A stretch of DNA of 56,124 nt from a virus (IMGVR_UViG_3300010399_000044:1-56124); one strand, 5' to 3'; counted from the first letter of the stretch, positions 34,362 through 43,642 are shown. Made by a program: numbers and translations. Notes: generated by a model from the letters alone, not told the origin.

Positions 34362-34540
34362 TCGAAATCCTCCGTGATGCCATTCACATCCTCCATCACA
34401 ACCCGAAGAATGCCGACACCCCTGGACACCGTAAGGGTCCAGGTGTGGTCGTAACCATCACCACGGGTGTAGTACCCCGAGGGGTGATCTTCGGAGAACC
34501 AGTCAGCAAGAACATTGAGAGCCTCGGTCGTGTCAGTCAT
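34337..34540 (-). CDS. hypothetical protein
   Basis: tiling ORF. Confidence 0.6.
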   Translation of the reverse strand: MTDTTEALNVLADWFSEDHPSGYYTRGDGYDHTWTLTVSRGVGILRVVMEDVNGITEDFEWELNLRS

Positions 34541-34661
34541 CAGACTTCCTCTCGTTCATGACATCAGTCCAGTACCTGACTACTTCACATGGAGCACCCT
34601 GAAGACACGCTTCAGGGTCAGGGCAGTCACCACACAATGGCTGTGGGTCACTCGTCGTCAT
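34533..34661 (-). CDS. Cys-rich small protein (CGDCPDPEAC..G.PC)
   Basis: GAGGA RBS; tiling. Confidence 0.55.
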   Translation of the reverse strand: MTTSDPQPLCGDCPDPEACLQGAPCEVVRYWTDVMNERKSDD

Positions 34662-34737
34662 CGTTGTTATCCTCTTCGAGGTCAGTCCCGAAACACTCAT
34701 CCGGGAACTGGCACTCACCGCCAAGAACACACTCCAT
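34648..34737 (-). CDS. acidic Cys microprotein, 29 aa (MECVLGGECQFPDECFGTDLEEDNNDDDE)
   Basis: AGGAGGT RBS. Confidence 0.6.
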   Translation of the reverse strand: MECVLGGECQFPDECFGTDLEEDNNDDDE

Positions 34738-34749
34738 TACAACACCTCC

Positions 34750-35253
34750 TCAGTAATCGATCCCCTTGTTGGGCACCCCTGCGTTGTTGATGGCGTAGTC
34801 GTTCGGATTGCCCGTGCCGTTGATGTAGACCGCTTCCAACTGGTCTGCGATCTGCTCGAAGCTCCAACCGTAGTCATCGTTGGCTTCGGACGCGTTGAAT
34901 GCACAACCATCCACGTCCACACCCAGGGCCACGTTATCCACCATGAACCCGACGGGGTCAACACCCAGAACTTCTGCGATGAGTCGGGTGCTCGGCAACC
35001 CGGTCTCACCCTTGGCGGTCAGCCCGTAGAACGCCAGGTTCTCGAACTTCACACCATCTCCCGCCCTCATCACATCAACCTGAGGACTAGCCTCGTTTCC
35101 TGCTACCTCTTCGAGGACACCCAAGCAGCAGTAGGACTTGTTGCCATCGGCATCCACCTTGCACAGCGCACCCTCAGCCTGTGCCAGGTCGGGATCACGT
35201 AGCTTGGCAACCCAGTCCACCATCAACTGGGTGGGCTTGTACTGATTCGTCAT
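34750..35253 (-). CDS. hypothetical protein (YCCLGVL...ND..G.SF.QIAD family)
   Basis: GAAGGAG RBS; motif. Confidence 0.7.
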   Translation of the reverse strand: MTNQYKPTQLMVDWVAKLRDPDLAQAEGALCKVDADGNKSYCCLGVLEEVAGNEASPQVDVMRAGDGVKFENLAFYGLTAKGETGLPSTRLIAEVLGVDPVGFMVDNVALGVDVDGCAFNASEANDDYGWSFEQIADQLEAVYINGTGNPNDYAINNAGVPNKGIDY

Positions 35254-35738
35254 GTTCTCTCCTTCATGAGTGCGAACAACGCCTTGGCAGGCGGGTTCTT
35301 GATGTATTCGATTGTTCGTTCCAGTGCTTCTACCGAATCACGCAGGTGTCCAAGCACACCCTTGTTGCAGGGGTTGCATAGCAATCCACGAACACACTTA
35401 CCGCACGAGGTCTTCCCAGGGCAGCAAGCATGATCATGATCTACACAGCTCCCACGGTTGCGTTGGCACGTGTAGCACTTGCCTCCCTGAAGCTCCCAGA
35501 GCGCCTTGTACTGCTCTGGGGTCAAACCATACTGCTTGGCTACGTAAGTCAGCCTACGAGCCTCCTGGAGGGCTTTACGACGTGCTACACGGCACGTCGC
35601 ACACCTCGGACCCGGCTTCGACACCGGGCGAGTCAGGGAACCGCAGTCTTTGCAGGTTCCCTTGGTTGAGATGGGGGTAGGTGGAGCAGAACTCGGTGAG
35701 GAGTTTCGCTGCTTCCTCTTTCGTGAGCGCGGGGGCAT
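35250..35738 (-). CDS. endonuclease VII (Holliday junction resolvase)
   Basis: YGLT..QY...W..QGG.C..C, VDHDH, VRGLLC.PCN. Confidence 0.92.
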   Translation of the reverse strand: MPPRSRKRKQRNSSPSSAPPTPISTKGTCKDCGSLTRPVSKPGPRCATCRVARRKALQEARRLTYVAKQYGLTPEQYKALWELQGGKCYTCQRNRGSCVDHDHACCPGKTSCGKCVRGLLCNPCNKGVLGHLRDSVEALERTIEYIKNPPAKALFALMKERT

Positions 35739-35740
35739 TG

Positions 35741-35935
35741 CTACCAGTCACCGAGTTCCTTCCTCGCAGCTTCCAAAGCCTCTTCTACAGAAACCCCGGT
35801 ATCCCCGATCGAGTTACCAGGATTATCCGAACACAACATCTCGTGGTTGGCCACGATGTTCTGTACGCCTGCAATAGTCTTGTCACTGAACGGCTTGCCG
35901 CAGTACGCACAGTTGTCATGGAAGTGTCTTGCCAT
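35741..35935 (-). CDS. C2HC zinc-finger small protein
   Basis: CAYCGKPF...HEMLCSDNPGN. Confidence 0.7.
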   Translation of the reverse strand: MARHFHDNCAYCGKPFSDKTIAGVQNIVANHEMLCSDNPGNSIGDTGVSVEEALEAARKELGDW

Positions 35936-35946
35936 TGGTGTTCCCT

Positions 35947-36081
35947 TCATTGTTGGGAATTGGCTGGGTTATCCTTGCATCCCGATTCGTGCGAAGAAAC
36001 CATGGACTTCAGAGTAGACAGGTCACTGTCGTTGAATCCCTTGCCGCAGTGCCGACAGAAATCGTGGTGGTGATCAGGCAT
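35947..36081 (-). CDS. C2HC zinc-finger microprotein, 44 aa
   Basis: CRHCGKGF...HESGCKDNPAN. Confidence 0.7.
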   Translation of the reverse strand: MPDHHHDFCRHCGKGFNDSDLSTLKSMVSSHESGCKDNPANSQQ

Positions 36082-36250
36082 CCATGTCCCTTTCCGTAAC
36101 CCAATGGGTCGGGACAACAGCCCCGAACCCAACTCCGTTGGCTGCCACACCCACACGGATACCCGTCTCGGGGTACCTCGGGTCCAAGTAGCTCTCGAAG
36201 AACCCTGGGCTCACACCCAGAATCCACACCGGATCATTCAAGTTGAACAT
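36074..36250 (-). CDS. hypothetical protein, 58 aa
   Basis: AGGAG RBS; MFNLNDPVWI... Confidence 0.55.
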   Translation of the reverse strand: MFNLNDPVWILGVSPGFFESYLDPRYPETGIRVGVAANGVGFGAVVPTHWVTERDMDA

Positions 36251-36251
36251 G

Positions 36252-36416
36252 TCACTCCTGGATCAGGTAGACGGCCAGTGCCAGCAGCCCGAAGGCTGCT
36301 ACCACCACTCCGGTCATGATTGATGTCTGGACAAGGCCAAGACTGTACGAGGCCATCCCAAACCAGCCCCCGAAGAGGCCAGCCAGGATCATGTAACCAC
36401 CAACCTTGCGCATCAC
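36252..36416 (-). CDS. small two-TM membrane protein
   Basis: hydrophobic ORF, GTGA overlap. Confidence 0.55.
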   Translation of the reverse strand: MMRKVGGYMILAGLFGGWFGMASYSLGLVQTSIMTGVVVAAFGLLALAVYLIQE

Positions 36417-37027
36417 AGCGCCCGGTTGGCCGTGAAGATCCACGCAGATCCGTCACCAATGAAGTCCTTGAGTTCCTGCCACGACATCGGACTCTTGGTG
36501 AACCCATTGGACTGGGTCAGGTACCAGGACCGGCTGATCCGGAGAGCCACGAATTCATACAACTTACCACTGGAATCGTACTGCTTCTTGAACTTCAAGA
36601 CAGTCCCGTCCCCTGGTTCAAAACGAAACCGCAGGTCCTGCTGCGCCTTCTTCTCGTCGTACCTGGCCTGAGCCAGGGCCTTCTCAGCCTCACGGACCCT
36701 GCGTTCTGCGGCTTCTACCTTGGTTTCCGTCTCGTACATAGACGAGTTCACATAGCTCACTTCATCCTCCTTGTCATTGTACACAACACCACAATCATAG
36801 ACCGTGATGTGGAATGCCGTCTTGCCCTCGCACGGCTTCTGCGGGGTTACACAACCCTTGTGGCTGTTGGTCCAGACGTGGGTTGCCCCGTTGGGTCCCA
36901 GCTTCTCTTCGTAACCACACATGTAAACCCTGTGATCACTGGCGGGCCTCGACAGCACATGGCAGGGCCACATACTATATTGGCTCACACAGTTGTGCTT
37001 CCATGGTGCGTCATTCACCCTGACCAT
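36413..37027 (-). CDS. hypothetical protein (true start may be internal)
   Basis: coiled coil then GTVL.F.KQY...Y.FVALR...WY.T. Confidence 0.6.
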   Translation of the reverse strand: MVRVNDAPWKHNCVSQYSMWPCHVLSRPASDHRVYMCGYEEKLGPNGATHVWTNSHKGCVTPQKPCEGKTAFHITVYDCGVVYNDKEDEVSYVNSSMYETETKVEAAERRVREAEKALAQARYDEKKAQQDLRFRFEPGDGTVLKFKKQYDSSGKLYEFVALRISRSWYLTQSNGFTKSPMSWQELKDFIGDGSAWIFTANRAL

Positions 37028-37896
37028 TCCAACTCCTCTTGCTGTCTACGTTGGTCGTCCTCCCACTGCTGTTCCGGGGGAGCAACCTCTTGGAGTTCCA
37101 CATCCTTGAATGACATCCTGTTTCCGATGAACTCCAGTTCTGCCCAGGTCATTCCGGTGGGGTCGGGTTGACCCCCGCGAACCTTCACCTTGGAGATACA
37201 GAGTAGGCTCGTCTGGTCGTCCAAAGGACGCTTGTGCAGGGTCAGGATCATCTCGGGTACTCGTCCGATCTGACCCTTGATCCCGTTCAAGGGGATTGGC
37301 TTGTCTCCGTTGTTGTACTCACCCTTGACGTGGTGAAGACCAATAACACACGCAGCGGTTTCCCGTGCCATGCCATGAAGGTAATCCATCAGGCCTTCGA
37401 GGCCTGCGGAGTAATCTGTGTCCTCACCCCCAACACCTTCCACGTTGGTGATGTTGTCGATGACAATCAGGGTGGGGTACTCGCCGAACAGTTCCCAGTA
37501 CGCTTCCAGGATCTCTTCCATGTCCTCGGACGATGGAGAGGTCTCGTAGTCGATACGCAGCGGAACATTGGTTAGTTGCTCCACAATTTCTGCTGGGATT
37601 TCGTCTTCCAGAACCATCTCCGTGGTCTTGGCCAGTGGAAGACCCGTAATCATGGAGATTGCTCGTGTCATCTGTGTGAAGGCATCAGAGTCAGCACTGA
37701 AGATCATACCCGGAACCCCGGATTGGATGGTCAGTGCGAGTGTAAGAGCAGACTTTGCGGTACCGGGTCCCGCAGCGATCAGAACGAGCTGACCCCTGCG
37801 GAACACGATACCCGCGTTGTCCAGTGCTTTCCACCCAGTAGGGATTGGGTCCCCACCAGAACCCCTAGCCCGCATCGATTGAGTCAGGCTAAAGAT
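37015..37896 (-). CDS. DnaB/RecA-family helicase (L5 gp65-like)
   Basis: AGPGTAKS Walker A, FSADSD, IVIDN, GLHH, IKGQIGRVPE; start may be ATC at 37896 or ATG at 37875. Confidence 0.92.
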   Translation of the reverse strand: MFSLTQSMRARGSGGDPIPTGWKALDNAGIVFRRGQLVLIAAGPGTAKSALTLALTIQSGVPGMIFSADSDAFTQMTRAISMITGLPLAKTTEMVLEDEIPAEIVEQLTNVPLRIDYETSPSSEDMEEILEAYWELFGEYPTLIVIDNITNVEGVGGEDTDYSAGLEGLMDYLHGMARETAACVIGLHHVKGEYNNGDKPIPLNGIKGQIGRVPEMILTLHKRPLDDQTSLLCISKVKVRGGQPDPTGMTWAELEFIGNRMSFKDVELQEVAPPEQQWEDDQRRQQEELEWSG

Positions 37897-37905
37897 GGTG
37901 ACTCC

Positions 37906-38079
37906 TTACAGTCGGTTCAGATCGCGCTCGAAGGCTTCCAGCATCTTGATGGAGTTGCCCGCACACTCAGCGGCAACCTGCTGGTTGCGGAGCATGTAGG
38001 ACAGACCTTCCATTGCAAGGGTGTCCTTCATGATGTCGATCGCAACCTGAATCGAGGCCTTGGTGACAGTAGTGCTCAT
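37906..38079 (-). CDS. hypothetical protein, 57 aa
   Basis: GGAGAAGGA RBS; MSTTVTKASIQ... Confidence 0.6.
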   Translation of the reverse strand: MSTTVTKASIQVAIDIMKDTLAMEGLSYMLRNQQVAAECAGNSIKMLEAFERDLNRL

Positions 38080-38104
38080 GTTTCCTTCTCCTTTTGTTTG
38101 TTTG

Positions 38105-38535
38105 TCAGGGGGTGATGCCGATGGTGCTGCCCATCTGGGCGAACATCTGGTCGGTCCACACGTGGATGTACGGACCCATGATGTAGATGAATGCCCACAG
38201 ACCGAAGATGGACATCACCGTACGAAACGCAGAGAGCTTGAACATCTACTACTTCATCTCCTTGTCGTCATTTACCCAAGATTCTGTGACCATGAATAGC
38301 CCTACGAAACCGGCTCCGATGGCGAACTCTTTCAGTTGCGCGATCCAACACACGATGGCTACACCACCAAAGCACAGACCGCCAAACAACCATGCCAGCC
38401 TCATGCAGTTACCCCTGCGGCAACCATGACGGTGGCCAGGACCAACACCACCGTGCCGACAGCCTTGGACTTGCTGTACAGCCCAAGCCCGATGAGGGCG
38501 AGGACACCTGCGATGATCAGACTCGAACTGTGCAT
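38105..38535 (-). CDS. three tandem small membrane proteins (38401-38535, 38249-38404, 38105-38245)
   Basis: 44, 51 and 46 aa hydrophobic ORFs with RBS or overlaps. Confidence 0.55.
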
Positions 38536-38553
38536 TGTTTTCTCCTTTGATTT

Positions 38554-39483
38554 TTAGAAATCACCGTCTGCTACCTGAAGTACTGTCAACCCAATGGAAC
38601 GGTAAGCCGCAACAACCCTGTTGCGGTCGTCGTATGCCCGCTTGATGTTCCAGTTACCCCTGATGTGCTTGTCGAAGAGTTCCAGCTTCACGACCGCATC
38701 GTTGCGGGTGTCGCCTTCCGAACGCATGAATAGTCCTGCAATAGGAACCTTGACTTCCTGGTACAACCACTCCTCGGACACCCCGAAGAACTTGTGACTA
38801 CGACCAGACCCGAACACGATCTTGTTTCCGAGGTCGTAGTACTCGTGCCTCACGATGTCAATGATGGGGAGGTTGGGCTTGTCCAGGTGATACCTGGAGG
38901 TGTCGTACGGGCCTCTCACACCATCGTGGAGAGCCACAGTCCCATCGATGTCCACCAGCACCGCGTCTGGCAGGCTGGTGTCCGGAACGTACAACTCATG
39001 CTGTGGGATCGTGAACTTCCCCCGCACAGCAGGCTCAACCGGAGTCTTGCCTTGGAGTGGGGTGACGTAGCGCTGGAACATGTTCCGGATTACATCTTCC
39101 GGAACGGGGTGTTCGCGCTTGGAGTTCCTTTCCAAGCAGGTTTCCAGCGGAACCCAGGTGAAATCTACCTGGCACCACTCCACACCAAGACGCTCTGCGA
39201 TCAAGGCCAGAGGCCTACGGTACGCAGTCTTCAGGTTGCAGTCGTGAACAACAACCCGAAGGCCACGACTCAAAGCCTTGTCGATCATCGAGTGTTCCAG
39301 TGCCGTGATCTCGTTCTCCTGATCCGAGGTCAGACCCAGCTTGGTACCGTACAGGGTCAGCCTCAGGTCATCCCTGGAGATGGCCACAGCCTCACCAGGA
39401 GGAAGACTCGCTACGATCTCTCGTGCGAAGGTGGTCTTCCCAGAACCGGGAAGACCCACACAGATGTACAGCTCCCCGCTCAC
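38554..39483 (-). CDS. polynucleotide kinase/3'-phosphatase (T4 PseT-like)
   Basis: GLPGSGKTT, RDD.R, DIDGT HAD motif, SGR, DDR. Confidence 0.95.
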   Translation of the reverse strand: MSGELYICVGLPGSGKTTFAREIVASLPPGEAVAISRDDLRLTLYGTKLGLTSDQENEITALEHSMIDKALSRGLRVVVHDCNLKTAYRRPLALIAERLGVEWCQVDFTWVPLETCLERNSKREHPVPEDVIRNMFQRYVTPLQGKTPVEPAVRGKFTIPQHELYVPDTSLPDAVLVDIDGTVALHDGVRGPYDTSRYHLDKPNLPIIDIVRHEYYDLGNKIVFGSGRSHKFFGVSEEWLYQEVKVPIAGLFMRSEGDTRNDAVVKLELFDKHIRGNWNIKRAYDDRNRVVAAYRSIGLTVLQVADGDF

Positions 39484-39599
39484 TTCTCTTCTCCCTCTTG
39501 TGCGAAGGGGTCCTCATCCGGACCGCAGGTCAGACAGAACACAGATCCGCAAGGCCCCCAAGTTCCGTCTTTCAACTGGGTGTTTCCGTTGCAGTTCAT
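39480..39599 (-). CDS. Cys-rich microprotein, 39 aa
   Basis: MNCNG...PCGSVFCLTCG; 4-nt overlaps on both sides. Confidence 0.55.
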   Translation of the reverse strand: MNCNGNTQLKDGTWGPCGSVFCLTCGPDEDPFAQEGEEK

Positions 39600-39781
39600 G
39601 CTGCCAACTCCAGTTCCTTGAGTGGTTCGGGGAACTCCAGTGCCACATCAACACCATGACAAATGCAGTTACACGGAGTCTTGATGATTCTCCGGAACAG
39701 ATCCGAGTGGATCATTCCGTTGAAGCAAAACTCCAGGTCATCCTCATTGAACCCGCAGTCACACGGGCTGGGAATGCTCAT
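39596..39781 (-). CDS. Cys-rich hypothetical protein (C.C...C.C.CH)
   Basis: ATGA overlap. Confidence 0.55.
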   Translation of the reverse strand: MSIPSPCDCGFNEDDLEFCFNGMIHSDLFRRIIKTPCNCICHGVDVALEFPEPLKELELAA

Positions 39782-40869
39782 GGTTTCGCCACCTTCGTCT
39801 GTCCCTTGGGTTCGAACTGCTTGTAGATGTACTGGGTGTAGTCCATTCCGTCCCACATGCACCACAACACCTTCTGTACCCATCGTGGTGCGTCTCGGGT
39901 CATCCTTGCAAGTTCCTTGCGGGCAGACCGGTCGCCCCGTGCGAACAGCTCGTCTACCTCAGGGATAAATCGAGTCTCTTCGACAAGCGTAATGTGGTCC
40001 TGAAATTTTTGGAGAAATGGAGAGGCCGTGATGTCCATCCACTCATGGAACTCGTCTGGCATCCCCTTCTTGTACTCCTCGAACCTTCCGTCCTTCAGGG
40101 ATTCCCAGACAGTCTTCTCGGACAGGTTGAACACCAACTTGTGCTTGTCGATGTAGTCTTGCTGCTTGATCTTGACTCGCTCATCGGTGTCCAGGTACCT
40201 GACTACGAAACCCTCTGCGTTCTCACGAGGCAACGCCGATACAACCTCACCAAGCGTGAAGTACCACGAGATGTTCACGGCTGCACCGTTCCACGAAGAC
40301 CAAATACCCGCGTCTTCCATACCATCTGGGTTGTAGGTCTTACCCGTCTTGATGTCGATACCCTCAATCAGGGCGAGGTAACGAGCATCTCCGTAGTCCA
40401 GGACGATCCTGTTCTCGGGGTAAATGATCTCCCACAATGGGGTCACACCCTCAGGCGGAAGCCAATCGGGGTAATACTTGTGCAGCATCCAGGTTCCTTC
40501 GATAGCCTGGGGGCTATCGAAGCTTCCCTTGGTGGCGATATAACACTTACCCTCCCAGACATACCCAATGCCCAGAGACCCATCCATCTTGTCGGTTACT
40601 TCTACCTGTGCTTCGTAATCCACACGAGCCCCAGGCTCGCCCAGGTTGAAGAACTTGGGGAAGGGACGCGCGAGAATTTCACCTGTCTTTTCGTGCCAGA
40701 TCAATCCGCGACACGCTGTAGTGACCTGGTTCCATTCCCGCTTGACTACCGCATCCTTGGTGTAGGTAGCGATACACAACGGAAACGAGGGGTGGAACTG
40801 GATGCGAACCATCCCCTCGTTCACCATGTCCAACAGCAGTTGCGGATCGAAGATGTCTCCGATCCTCAT
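39778..40869 (-). CDS. RNA ligase (T4 Rnl1-like)
   Basis: CRGLI, RPFPKFFN, KMDGSLG, ATKGSF.S, EIIYPENRIV, EGFVV, VKIK. Confidence 0.93.
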   Translation of the reverse strand: MRIGDIFDPQLLLDMVNEGMVRIQFHPSFPLCIATYTKDAVVKREWNQVTTACRGLIWHEKTGEILARPFPKFFNLGEPGARVDYEAQVEVTDKMDGSLGIGYVWEGKCYIATKGSFDSPQAIEGTWMLHKYYPDWLPPEGVTPLWEIIYPENRIVLDYGDARYLALIEGIDIKTGKTYNPDGMEDAGIWSSWNGAAVNISWYFTLGEVVSALPRENAEGFVVRYLDTDERVKIKQQDYIDKHKLVFNLSEKTVWESLKDGRFEEYKKGMPDEFHEWMDITASPFLQKFQDHITLVEETRFIPEVDELFARGDRSARKELARMTRDAPRWVQKVLWCMWDGMDYTQYIYKQFEPKGQTKVAKP

Positions 40870-40871
40870 GC

Positions 40872-41240
40872 TTACTCCTCTTCGTAGACCGTGATGGTCT
40901 TCTGCTTCGGGAACACTTCCTTGAAGGTCCCGTCGAAATCGCACCCGTAGTACGAACCGTACCAACCCAGCTTCTTGAAGAACCTGGACTCGAACGAGAA
41001 TTTCTTGGTTCCGTCGACATGCGGGGAAACCTCTACAACAACCTCAACGTATTCCCCACCACCTTCATGACCACCCACAGTCTTGATCGTACGGGCCATG
41101 TACTGGTCGTTGAGGCGTACGAACTCACCATCTCCGCCCTCGTTGAGCCAGTAGTGCCAGGAGAAATGCTCGGTGTAGGTCTCTCCGTCGTATTCGTATG
41201 ACCTCTGACCCGAGGTCAGAAGATCCTCGAAGTAGCTCAT
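40872..41240 (-). CDS. G-x3-SY family protein, paralog 1
   Basis: GGHEGGG...FFKKLGWYGSYYG..FD...EV....KTITVYE. Confidence 0.75.
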   Translation of the reverse strand: MSYFEDLLTSGQRSYEYDGETYTEHFSWHYWLNEGGDGEFVRLNDQYMARTIKTVGGHEGGGEYVEVVVEVSPHVDGTKKFSFESRFFKKLGWYGSYYGCDFDGTFKEVFPKQKTITVYEEE

Positions 41241-41869
41241 CACCATCCTCCTGAATCCGACGACGAGTACGGACCAGAATCCGAGCTACCCCCTCCAGAA
41301 TAGGAGCTGCTGCTCCCGGAATCTGACGGAGCGCTCCACGAGCTTCCGCTGTCGTACGAAGTCATGCTCTGAGGTGCCTCGTAAGAGAGGCTAGGAGCCT
41401 CGTACACGGGAGAAACCGTCTCCTGAGGGTAATCATACCCGGAAGGGCTGTCCGGGGCCTTAGAGACGCTCTCAGGGCTGGTTTCCTCGTTCTGGTAGAA
41501 CCACGCCTCATCGAACGCCGTTCCCGCCACGTACATTTCGAAGTCGTGGCCGTCGTGGTATGGATTCTTGATCTTCCGCTCCCTCAACACACGATCTGTG
41601 TTCTGCGCCTGGATCAGGTAGTTCGTGCCCCTGTTCGTGGCCTTGGGAGTCTGGGTGTACACCTTCGCGATGTCATCCCAGACGACACCACCCTTGAGCC
41701 GAGCCCCGGCTACCACACCATCCTGACGGTTGTAGGTCACCGCCTTCATAGGCTTCTCCTCGGGCTCAGGCTGCTGCCTGATAGGCTCCTTGTGCGGGAC
41801 CGGAACCGGCTTGTTCTTCTTCTGCCTTCGGGTCAGCTTGGCCACCAGGTCAGAAAAAATGTTCCTCAT
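41240..41869 (-). CDS. hypothetical protein with Ser/Asp/Gly-rich tail
   Basis: SSYDSGSS...SSSDSGGW low-complexity C-terminus. Confidence 0.65.
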   Translation of the reverse strand: MRNIFSDLVAKLTRRQKKNKPVPVPHKEPIRQQPEPEEKPMKAVTYNRQDGVVAGARLKGGVVWDDIAKVYTQTPKATNRGTNYLIQAQNTDRVLRERKIKNPYHDGHDFEMYVAGTAFDEAWFYQNEETSPESVSKAPDSPSGYDYPQETVSPVYEAPSLSYEAPQSMTSYDSGSSWSAPSDSGSSSSYSGGGSSDSGPYSSSDSGGW

Positions 41870-41954
41870 ACTAAATCCTCATTCCTGGCCTCAAATTTTG
41901 GTGAAATTCTAGAAGCCGGAACTACTAGGAACCCCGAAGGATTCCTAGAAGAAC

Positions 41955-42335
41955 CTACTCGTAGAAGGTCACTTCACGAACAACCGCGTTCACCTCGGAC
42001 AGCGGACCCTCGTAATACCCGCCGTCATAAGAGGCGTAGTAGCCTCCCAACTTGTAAAGCTGTTCACAGCCTCCGTAGAAGACGACTAGGAAGACCATGT
42101 AGTACTCGTCTCCCTGGCCTTCACCGCCGAAGGACTCGATGACACTGACCTCACCCAGACCATGAACCGTCACAGGACTGCCATCGTTCTCGGCCCAGGC
42201 ATCCCAGCCCTCGGTCTCCCAATGACCACCAGGAGTGGAATAGGAACCATCCTGCGAAGTCCAGGGCTCGTTATAGCCCCTGAACACGTGGCTCTCGATC
42301 AGGTCAGATACTTCCTGTTCGCTCATATCAGCCAT
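41955..42335 (-). CDS. G-x3-SY family protein, paralog 2
   Basis: FGGEGQG..Y.MVF...YKLGGYYASYDG..YE..L.EV....REVTFYE. Confidence 0.75.
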   Translation of the reverse strand: MADMSEQEVSDLIESHVFRGYNEPWTSQDGSYSTPGGHWETEGWDAWAENDGSPVTVHGLGEVSVIESFGGEGQGDEYYMVFLVVFYGGCEQLYKLGGYYASYDGGYYEGPLSEVNAVVREVTFYE

Positions 42336-42699
42336 AGTAAACAGATGTCCTCTCCTTCTTCTCAACGTTCACCAGTCGTTCGTTCCACTCGATCCCGTCG
42401 TACGAACTCCAGGCACCGGTAACCTTGACGAAGTTGTCGTAGCCGATCTCGAACACCATGGATACGTCTACAGACCCGTAGCCCTCAAGCTCGTCTCGGT
42501 CTTCCGGAGTCTTCTGGACCATTTCGTAGGTCTTACCATCACGGTAGTGTTCCTCGCCTACCTTCCAGTATTCCCACCCCGCCTGAAGACCGGTGGTTCC
42601 CCACTTCCCGATCTCGTCACAGATCGACAGGATGTGGAAGTAGTCCTGAGACTGACCTTCCTTTACCGACTGCCCGCAGGCGCTGCACGTCTCGCTCAT
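42328..42699 (-). CDS. G-x3-SY family protein, paralog 3
   Basis: EGYG...MVFEI..FVKVTGAWSSYDG.EWN..L.NV....RTSVYY. Confidence 0.75.
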   Translation of the reverse strand: MSETCSACGQSVKEGQSQDYFHILSICDEIGKWGTTGLQAGWEYWKVGEEHYRDGKTYEMVQKTPEDRDELEGYGSVDVSMVFEIGYDNFVKVTGAWSSYDGIEWNERLVNVEKKERTSVYYG

Positions 42700-43103
42700 C
42701 AGACCCCCTCGAAGATACTCTCGAAGACCTGAACGGTCTTCTCCACGATCCGAACCTCTCGGAGAGGGTTGTCCCACGACACATTGCCATAGGAGTTGGC
42801 AGTTCCACCCTTGCGGAAGTACAGCTCGGTACCATCCGACTCGGTCACCTTCAGGATGACCCACGCATCGAACTCGGAACCCTGCCGGTACTCACCATCA
42901 CCGTACCCCGGACCCCACGAGTCCTTGTCGTGCTTGTCGACGGTTTCGACCTCAGCGCCATTCGACAGGCTTCGCTTGAAGGTCCTGTACACGCCCTGGT
43001 AGCTGCCCAGCTTGTAGTCGTAGTCCCCGTCGTAGGCGGTCTCCCAGTCGATGTCCGCATCGAATAGGAGCTGTTCGTACTTGCACTTCACACACTCACT
43101 CAC
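42699..43103 (-). CDS. G-x3-SY family protein, paralog 4
   Basis: WVILKV...YFRKGGTANSYG..SWD..L.EV...EKTVQVFE. Confidence 0.75.
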   Translation of the reverse strand: MSECVKCKYEQLLFDADIDWETAYDGDYDYKLGSYQGVYRTFKRSLSNGAEVETVDKHDKDSWGPGYGDGEYRQGSEFDAWVILKVTESDGTELYFRKGGTANSYGNVSWDNPLREVRIVEKTVQVFESIFEGV

Positions 43104-43468
43104 TTAGTGCCTCCCGATCCACTGGATGATCTCGATTGCGCCCCACACGCCCAATCCCGTCAGGGCCACGCCGACAAGCAACATGAACCAGAACCAGGCG
43201 ATTGCCATCTTTACTGCTGTCTCTTCCTTCACTTGTTCTCCTTCTCAGAACAAAGCGGCAGCCAGGATGACCACCACCATCAGAGCAATGCAGAAACATA
43301 CGACGGCAATCGAGAAGCCGTTGTCTTCCCTCGTCATCGTTTACCTCCGTTGATCGCAGCAATGACAATCCAGAACGGAAGCCATACACCGCAGGTACAT
43401 ACCGTCACGATCAAGTGAAGTGCGTGGTTGGTCCCCTTCTTCTGTGGGGGATAAGGCTGATACGTCAT
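43104..43468 (-). CDS. three tandem small membrane proteins (43334-43468, 43245-43337, 43104-43232)
   Basis: NHALHLIVTVCTCGVWLPFWI; IAVVCFCIALMVVVILAAALF; AWFWFMLLVGVAL. Confidence 0.55.
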
Positions 43469-43642
43469 TCTTCCTCATTCAGTTGTCTAGTACGGATACT
43501 TCGTAGTGGTAGAAATCTGTGGGGAACTTGTCGTCGTCCAGGAACACTCGGATGTAATCCGCAGTCCAAGAGATCACATCACCTTCCATCCCCAGAAGCT
43601 CCTGTTCGTCTTCTGGGGCGTGGATAACCCGAACCCGACCCG

